A stretch of DNA of 64,000 nt from Deltaproteobacteria bacterium (GTDB lineage: Bacteria; Desulfobacterota; JAENJC01), in the NCBI GenBank assembly GCA_030646755.1, contig JAUSKU010000033.1, forward strand, positions 28-64,027, in the 5' to 3' direction. Under the pieces are notes generated by a model. It made no database searches. It saw only the letters and a program-made list of their open reading frames with translations, and was not told the DNA's origin. Position 1 is the stretch's first letter. Each line of letters begins with the position of its first letter. This document shows positions 57,791 to 64,000 of the stretch, piece after piece. Both the position numbers and the translations under genes were made by a program.

Positions 57791-58300
57791 ATGGCTGATA
57801 AGATTGGACATTCTATTGACGGGATAGAAGAATACGATAACCCAATCCCTGGCTGGCTGATGTGGCTTCTCTACGCCACCATCGCCTTTGCCGTGGGATA
57901 CTGGGTGGTATATCCCGGGTTCTGGCCTGGAACCGCCGGATGGAGCCAGGCAAAGATGTATGAGGAAGAGATAAGGGTTGCAGAGGCAGAGTACGCGGAG
58001 ATCAGGAAGAAGGAATCTGATATCTATACAATCCTCAAAAACCCGGCAGCGCTGGCTGAGGGGAAAGAGATCTTTGCCCAGAACTGCTCGCCATGCCACG
58101 GCGTAGAAGCTAAGGGGGACACAGGTATTGGTCCAAACCTTACCGATGCTGAATGGCTTTATGGCGGCACCCCTGAGGCTATCGTAAAGATCATCAACGA
58201 CGGCACAGAGAAAGGTATGCCGCCCTGGGGGCCACAGATCGGTCCAGTGAAGGTGGCAAAGGTTTCAGCCTTTGTCCATACGTTAGGTGGTGGACAGTGA
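57791..58300 (+). CDS. ccoP: cbb3 oxidase subunit III, short monohaem form
   Basis: GH..DGIEEYDNP.P.W, single CSPCH, GPNLTD..WLYGG. Confidence 0.9.
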   Translation: MADKIGHSIDGIEEYDNPIPGWLMWLLYATIAFAVGYWVVYPGFWPGTAGWSQAKMYEEEIRVAEAEYAEIRKKESDIYTILKNPAALAEGKEIFAQNCSPCHGVEAKGDTGIGPNLTDAEWLYGGTPEAIVKIINDGTEKGMPPWGPQIGPVKVAKVSAFVHTLGGGQ

Positions 58301-58321
58301 AGGGATAAAAACCGTTATTTT

Positions 58322-58481
58322 ACCGCAGAGGCGCAGAGAAAAAGACATAGACACAGATTAGCACAGATGTTTTATGATTTACACTGATAAAAATTTCATC
58401 TGTGAAAATCATATTTTTCTGTGGGAATCAGTGTCAAAAGGATTTAATCTTTCTGATTTAACTTCTCCGCGCCTCAGCGGT
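58322..58481. repeat. Nested inverted repeats (ACCGCAGAGGCGCAGAG outer, CACAGAT inner)
   Basis: Outer arm pairs with CTCCGCGCCTCAGCGGT; inner CACAGAT/ATCTGTG. Confidence 0.7.
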
Positions 58482-58501
58482 TAATTTAAAAAGTGACAAC
58501 T

Positions 58502-59911
58502 ATGTCGGAAACATTTGATTGGCAAGAAAAGATATACCCCAAGAAGGTCAAAGGCAAGTTCAGAACCATCAAATGGGTTCTCACGTCTGTTTTTCTTGCA
58601 ATTTATTTCATGCTCCCGTGGATAAAGATAGACGGCAGGCAGGCCGTTCTTTTTGATGTACCTGACAGGAAGTTTTACATCTTCAATATTGTTTTCTGGC
58701 CCCAGGATCTCTTCTACCTGGCTATCCTCATGCTTTTTCTTGCCATGGCGCTGTTCTTTTTCACTGCCGTTGCAGGAAGGCTCTGGTGTGGATATGCATG
58801 CCCCCAGACGGTATTTACCGATCTTTTTATCGCGATTGAGCGGTGTATTGAGGGTGACCGTCACGAAAGAATGGCCCTCGATCACGCGCCATGGACAATG
58901 AAGAAGATCTTTGAAAAGATAATAAAACATTCTGTCTGGCTTGCCCTCTCTTTTGCCGTATCATTCACCTTTGTGGCTTATTTCGTTCCTCCCCAGGAGC
59001 TGGGATGGAGGATAGCCAACGGAAATCTCACGGCAGCCCATGCCTTCTGGCTTTTTCTTTTCATTGCGACGATATACAGCTTTTGCGGATTCTTCAAGGA
59101 ATTGATATGTCTTGTTCCATGTCCCTATGGGCGTTTTCAGAGCGCACTCTGCGATCAGGACACCCTTATCATAGGTTATGACGTAAAGAGGGGAGAGCCA
59201 AGGGGACATGTTAAAAAAGGAGAAGGGACGACTGGCGCTCATGGCGACTGCGTTGACTGCTCCCTCTGCGTTCATGTCTGTCCGACAGGCATAGACATAA
59301 GAAACGGCCTCCAGTATGAGTGCATAGGATGTGCTGATTGCATTGATGCATGTAACTCTGTCATGAAAAGGGTTGGAAAACAGGAAGGACTCATCCGATA
59401 CGGCTCCCTTAATATATTTAACGGCGGTTCCACTCATGTTTTGAGACCAAGGGTGGTACTTTACGCCTTTATTCTGGTAGTTTTGATGGCTGGTCTGTTG
59501 TATAAGGTTACGATGAGGACTCCCCTTGAAATTGATGTTATTCGAAACAGGCATGCCCTCTATCAAAAAACCGCCGATGGCAAGATTCTAAATATATACA
59601 CCATTAAGGCGTTAAACATGGATAATAAAGACCACAGCTTCATGGTAAAGGTGGATGGAATACCCGCCAAACTGATGATAGGAAACAATCCCATACAGGT
59701 AAAAAAGGGCGAGGTCTACCAAACAACGGTTTCATTGGCAATTGATGAAAAGGCAACAACTAAGAAGGTAAGTCACTTCGCATTTATTATTGAAGATGTT
59801 GACAACCCTAAGATCAAGGCCAGGAGGGAAAGCACCTTCCTGGCACCGGTGATGGGCTTTAAGGAGGAAGTTATATGGAAGCAAAAAAATCGATCTGGCC
59901 CAAGGCAATAG
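58502..59911 (+). CDS. ccoG: cbb3 accessory Fe-S protein
   Basis: GRLWCGYACPQTV, CPYGRFQS, CVDCSLC..VCPTGIDIR. Confidence 0.94.
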   Translation: MSETFDWQEKIYPKKVKGKFRTIKWVLTSVFLAIYFMLPWIKIDGRQAVLFDVPDRKFYIFNIVFWPQDLFYLAILMLFLAMALFFFTAVAGRLWCGYACPQTVFTDLFIAIERCIEGDRHERMALDHAPWTMKKIFEKIIKHSVWLALSFAVSFTFVAYFVPPQELGWRIANGNLTAAHAFWLFLFIATIYSFCGFFKELICLVPCPYGRFQSALCDQDTLIIGYDVKRGEPRGHVKKGEGTTGAHGDCVDCSLCVHVCPTGIDIRNGLQYECIGCADCIDACNSVMKRVGKQEGLIRYGSLNIFNGGSTHVLRPRVVLYAFILVVLMAGLLYKVTMRTPLEIDVIRNRHALYQKTADGKILNIYTIKALNMDNKDHSFMVKVDGIPAKLMIGNNPIQVKKGEVYQTTVSLAIDEKATTKKVSHFAFIIEDVDNPKIKARRESTFLAPVMGFKEEVIWKQKNRSGPRQ

Positions 59912-60366
59912 TCGCTTTTTTTTCCGCTGTATTTGCTATGAACGGGTTTTTTATCTATAAAGCAGTCAGCAGCTTTGACGGTCTTGTAGAGGAGAATTAT
60001 TACGAGAAAGGGCTCAATTATAATGATGTCATCCAGCAGGAAAAGAGGCTTGGCTGGAAGATAGAACTTTCTTTTACAGATGACATGAAGGTGGGGGCGC
60101 CTAACAAAGCCAAGGTAGTCATCTTTGATCCTAAAGGCGAGCCTATTGAGGGAGCCAAGGTACAGATAACCTTAAGACGCCCGGCAACCAATAGGTTTGA
60201 CAAAGAGCTTGAGCTTGTCCCTTCAGGATGCGCCTACCACGGGAGTGTATCCATTCCTCTAAACGGCCTGTGGGACCTATCTGTAAAGGCTGAAAAAGGG
60301 GCTGACAGGATGGAAAAGACATTCAGGGTAAGGACAAAAACAGATGGAAGCAGCGCTAAAATATAG
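59875..60366 (+). CDS. ccoH: FixH/CcoH protein
   Basis: N-terminal TM helix, [18 protein letters not shown]. Confidence 0.85.
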   Translation: MEAKKSIWPKAIVAFFSAVFAMNGFFIYKAVSSFDGLVEENYYEKGLNYNDVIQQEKRLGWKIELSFTDDMKVGAPNKAKVVIFDPKGEPIEGAKVQITLRRPATNRFDKELELVPSGCAYHGSVSIPLNGLWDLSVKAEKGADRMEKTFRVRTKTDGSSAKI

Positions 60367-62884
60367 GTCAGAGATTAACCCCCCTCAATCCCCCCTTAAT
60401 TTAAGGGGGGAAGCAAAGGGGGGTTGCTATCACTGCGGTCAGGAGTTGCCATCAACCCTTTTCCATGAAACCGTAAACGGAAACGAGCTGTCTTTCTGCT
60501 GCCAGGGCTGCAAGGCGATATGCAGGTATATCCATGATGCAGGGCTTGCAAGCTATTATGAGAAGAGGGACAAGAGCAGACCCGGAGGGCCTCCATTACT
60601 TCTTTTAAAGGATATGGGAACCCATATAGACCCTATGTTTGTAAAGGCAGAGGGGGATATAAACGAGATGTCCCTGCTTATCGATGGAATCCACTGCGCT
60701 GCCTGCATCTGGCTTATCGAAAGGGTTCTGGGGGAAACGGAAGGCGTTGTCTCAGCAAGGATAAACCTTTCCACATCCAGGGCCAGAGTCCACTGGCATG
60801 GGACAATGATTGACCCTGTCGAAATAATCCGCAAGATTACATCCCTTGGTTACAACGCAATACCCTATGATCCATCCTCTTCAGAGGCCCCCCTTCTTAA
60901 AAAAAGCATCGATATGCAGATACGCATGGTCGTGGCAGGTTTTTGCACTGTCGCTGCCATGTTCCTGGCGGAAGGCCTTTATGCCGGGTACTTCTGGGGG
61001 ATTGACGCCTCTTCAAGGAACTTCATGCAGTGGCTCAGCCTGGTAATAACTGCTCCTGTTGTATTTTATTCAGGAACCCCTTTTATAAGAGGGGCATACA
61101 ACGGTCTCAGAAACCAAGCAATGACCATGGACCTGCCCATAGCCCTTGGCGCCTTGATTACTTTTTTTTACAGCGCTTGGGCAACTGTGAACAAGAGAGG
61201 TGATGTCTACTTCGATTCAGCAGCCATGTTCATCTTCCTGATACTCATAGGGAGATACCTTGAGGCTGCTTCCAAGAGAAAGTCCGGGAGCGCAACCGAG
61301 AGGCTCCTCAGCCTTGGAGCTAAGACAGCCACAGTTGTTAACGACGGTGAGAGGACAACGGTCCCTGTTAATGCAGTATCTGTAGGTGATTGGGTAGAGG
61401 TGAAGCCTGGAGAAAAGATAGCTGTTGACGGGATCATTATGGAGGGTGAATCAAGGGTTGATGAATCTATGCTAACCGGGGAGTCGAGGCCGGTAAAGAA
61501 GGTTGTTGGTTTACAGGTTTCAGGGGCTACCATGAATATGGATGGGACATTCATCTTCAGGGCGACAAAGATAGGAGACGATACAGTTCTTTCAAAAATA
61601 ATCCGCCTGGTGGAGGATGCTCAATCCTCTAAGGCCACTATTCAGAGGGTGGCCGACAGAATAGCTACTTATTTTGTGCCCGCAATTCTTGGAATAGCCG
61701 CATTTACATACCTTTACTGGTCTATCCATGATCCCGGCCATGCCGTTATTTACGCTATCGCAGTCCTGATTATTACCTGCCCTTGTGCCCTTGCCCTCGC
61801 TACGCCAGCCGCCATAATTGCGGGTACCGGGGCTGGGGCCAAAGAGGGTATACTTATCAAAAACGGCGAGGTGCTGGAAAAGGCCCATAAGGCAACACAT
61901 ATAGTGTTTGACAAGACGGGGACACTGACCGAGGGGAAGATGGGAGTTGTGGACATAGTGGCCGGTGGTCGGTGGTCAGGGGTCAGCGCTGAAGATGAAC
62001 TGCTGCACCTTGCGTCCATTGTTGAAAAAGGCTCAGAGCATCCCATTGGAAAGGCGATTGTCAGAGAGGCAACGGATAGGAAGTTAGACCTGAATGTAAA
62101 TGTGAAAGGGTTTAAGGCTTATCCAGGGAAAGGAGTTGAAGGAACTACTCAGTGGCCGGTTGCCGGTGGCCAGTGGTCGGTGGTTTTAGTTGGAAACAGA
62201 AAATTCATGTTGGAAAAGGGATTGCACATTCCTGAAGAACTATTGATTGAAGAGGAAAGGTTAAGCAGTGAAGGAAAGACGGTGGTCTTTATCTCAACCG
62301 ACCACCGGCCACTGACCACTGACCACCGTCTTTCAGGCTTAATCGCCATCTCCGACAGAGTCAGGCCTGAGGCTAAGGCTGCCGTGTCTGCCCTTAAAAA
62401 GATGGGACTAAAAGTGACAGTCCTTACAGGGGACAATAGAATGGTTGCAGAGGCCATTGCCAGGGTTGTCGGGGCCGATAATGTGATTGCCGAGGTCCTG
62501 CCGGAGGAGAAGGAGGCCATAGTCAAAGGGCTTCAGGAGAATGGGGAGGTTGTCATAATGGTGGGGGACGGAATCAATGACGCCCCTGCCCTTGTCAGGG
62601 CTGATATCGGGGTGGCCGTTGGTTCAGGAACAGATGTGGCCATTGAGTCGGCGGACATAGTGCTCCTTAACAGCAACCCTCTTTCTGTCTCAAGGGCGGT
62701 AGAGATATCGAGGAAGACCTTCGGGATCATCAAGGGAAACCTGTGGATCTCGCTTCTTTACAACGTTATACTCACTCCCCTGGCTGCTTCAGGGTTTATA
62801 GTACCGGTTGTTGCAGGCATCACAATGCCGCTAAGTTCGCTGGTTGTGATAGGGAATTCAATAAGGGCGGGAAGGTCAAAGTAG
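60344..62884 (+). CDS. ccoI: Copper P1B-type ATPase
   Basis: [41 protein letters not shown]. Confidence 0.93.
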   Translation: MEAALKYRSEINPPQSPLNLRGEAKGGCYHCGQELPSTLFHETVNGNELSFCCQGCKAICRYIHDAGLASYYEKRDKSRPGGPPLLLLKDMGTHIDPMFVKAEGDINEMSLLIDGIHCAACIWLIERVLGETEGVVSARINLSTSRARVHWHGTMIDPVEIIRKITSLGYNAIPYDPSSSEAPLLKKSIDMQIRMVVAGFCTVAAMFLAEGLYAGYFWGIDASSRNFMQWLSLVITAPVVFYSGTPFIRGAYNGLRNQAMTMDLPIALGALITFFYSAWATVNKRGDVYFDSAAMFIFLILIGRYLEAASKRKSGSATERLLSLGAKTATVVNDGERTTVPVNAVSVGDWVEVKPGEKIAVDGIIMEGESRVDESMLTGESRPVKKVVGLQVSGATMNMDGTFIFRATKIGDDTVLSKIIRLVEDAQSSKATIQRVADRIATYFVPAILGIAAFTYLYWSIHDPGHAVIYAIAVLIITCPCALALATPAAIIAGTGAGAKEGILIKNGEVLEKAHKATHIVFDKTGTLTEGKMGVVDIVAGGRWSGVSAEDELLHLASIVEKGSEHPIGKAIVREATDRKLDLNVNVKGFKAYPGKGVEGTTQWPVAGGQWSVVLVGNRKFMLEKGLHIPEELLIEEERLSSEGKTVVFISTDHRPLTTDHRLSGLIAISDRVRPEAKAAVSALKKMGLKVTVLTGDNRMVAEAIARVVGADNVIAEVLPEEKEAIVKGLQENGEVVIMVGDGINDAPALVRADIGVAVGSGTDVAIESADIVLLNSNPLSVSRAVEISRKTFGIIKGNLWISLLYNVILTPLAASGFIVPVVAGITMPLSSLVVIGNSIRAGRSK

Positions 62885-62932
62885 TACAAAAATAAGTGGG
62901 ACTGGCATCTTGCCTGTCCCACCGGAGGATAA

Positions 62933-63103
62933 ATGGAAATTATACACCTCATCATTCTCGGCGCGGTTTACTTAGGTCTCATAGGCCTTGTCTTCCTAAT
63001 TTGGGCCATAAAGACAGGGCAGTTTGAAGACATGGAAGGGCCGAAGTACAGGATCTTGTTTGATGAGGAATCCCCTCGCCCTCAGGGTGAGGGGAAAGGG
63101 TGA
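62933..63103 (+). CDS. ccoS: cbb3 maturation protein; missing from the ORF track
   Basis: 56 aa; TM helix followed by WAIKTGQFEDMEGP..RIL.DE. Confidence 0.88.
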   Translation: MEIIHLIILGAVYLGLIGLVFLIWAIKTGQFEDMEGPKYRILFDEESPRPQGEGKG

Positions 63104-63118
63104 GGGTGGGGTTTATCA

Positions 63119-63793
63119 ATGAATGACTACGTCTTATTATTTTTAGCCGGTCTCCTTGGTGCGCTCCACTGTGTTGGAATGTGCGGAGGGCTGATTGCAG
63201 CCTGTGGTCTGAAATTCGGCGGCGGAACGAAGTTTTCTGTTACTTATAATGCCGGAAGGCTCTTCTCTTACTCAATCCTTGGCTTTTTCATGGGCTTGCT
63301 TGGGAAAGTGCTCATTGCAACCGGTTTATTTGGCAAGTTCCAGGGGGTTTTGCCTGCAGTTGCTGGGATACTGATGGTTCTTATAGGACTTGACCTGCTG
63401 GGGTATATACCTGAAAGTTTAAAGAGGATCTCATCCGGTCTATTCCCCAAGACCCTCTCTGGTATGCTTATCGGAGGTCAGCTCAAGAAGAGACGCCCTG
63501 CCCCTTTTATACTGGGGATGTTAAACGGCCTACTCCCCTGCGGCCTTTTATATGCTATCGGGATCAAAGCGGTAGCCACAGCCAGCCCTCTTGATGGGAT
63601 GCTTACCATGGCGGCCTTCGGTACAGGGACATTACCTGCCATGTTGTTTATCGGTTCATTTTCAGGTGTTTTTGGGACGGCCAGGTCAAGGATATTACCT
63701 AATCTGGCATCTGTATTTATTATATTCCTTGGATGTAAAACGATATTTTACAGCATCGGGAGGCCTGTTGCAAAAATTCTTTATTGTGAATAA
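63119..63793 (+). CDS. DsbD_2/TauE-like membrane protein of the cco cluster
   Basis: GLLG.LHCVGMCG, YN.GR..SY, G.LNG.LPCGL.Y, FG.GT.P. Confidence 0.85.
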   Translation: MNDYVLLFLAGLLGALHCVGMCGGLIAACGLKFGGGTKFSVTYNAGRLFSYSILGFFMGLLGKVLIATGLFGKFQGVLPAVAGILMVLIGLDLLGYIPESLKRISSGLFPKTLSGMLIGGQLKKRRPAPFILGMLNGLLPCGLLYAIGIKAVATASPLDGMLTMAAFGTGTLPAMLFIGSFSGVFGTARSRILPNLASVFIIFLGCKTIFYSIGRPVAKILYCE

Positions 63794-64000
63794 TACGTAG
63801 CGTGATTTATCATCGCTTTTACAACTGGCTGTCAACCTCTTCATAGGCCATCCTGGAGGCGCCTTTGATGGCAGAGACAAGGTCTCCGTAATTCTCACCC
63901 CTACTCATTACGACGCATAAGGGATACGAGTTTTTGGGGTAATAGACTATCCCGCAGTCATGAAACTGTTTTTCGTTATTCAGCTTTGACTCTCCAAATT

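Overview
Chromosomal window from an anaerobic or microaerobic bacterium. The gene content looks Desulfobacterota/Nitrospirota-like, which is an inference. Housekeeping blocks (gcvPB, por genes, selB, ndk-rlmN-purMN, trhP-mltG-ispB, rlmKL, prmA-rsmE, rplU-rpmA-obgE) alternate with accessory elements. These are: two integron cassette arrays with no integrase in the window (about 1-2940 and 26820-30390); a c-di-GMP-I riboswitch before a TMTC-like gene; a TPP-riboswitch thiamine operon whose ThiH slot holds a full-length HydG-type enzyme; an FeS/NrfD/tetrahaem module with no catalytic subunit; and a decayed IS3. From 42.2 kb to the end lies a large PerR/Rrf2-associated oxygen-defence and microaerobic-respiration island. 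It includes a glutaredoxin-FTR-membrane fusion, split and half ferritin-like genes, several unannotated micro-rubredoxins, hemerythrin, a dihaem peroxidase-like protein, catalase, a two-domain multicopper oxidase, superoxide reductase, a selenocysteine peroxiredoxin with a SECIS hairpin, and ccoNOQPGHIS. Several families of palindromic and tandem repeats fill the intergenic spaces and are also inserted in-frame inside proteins. All product calls come from motif recognition by eye; no database searches were run.
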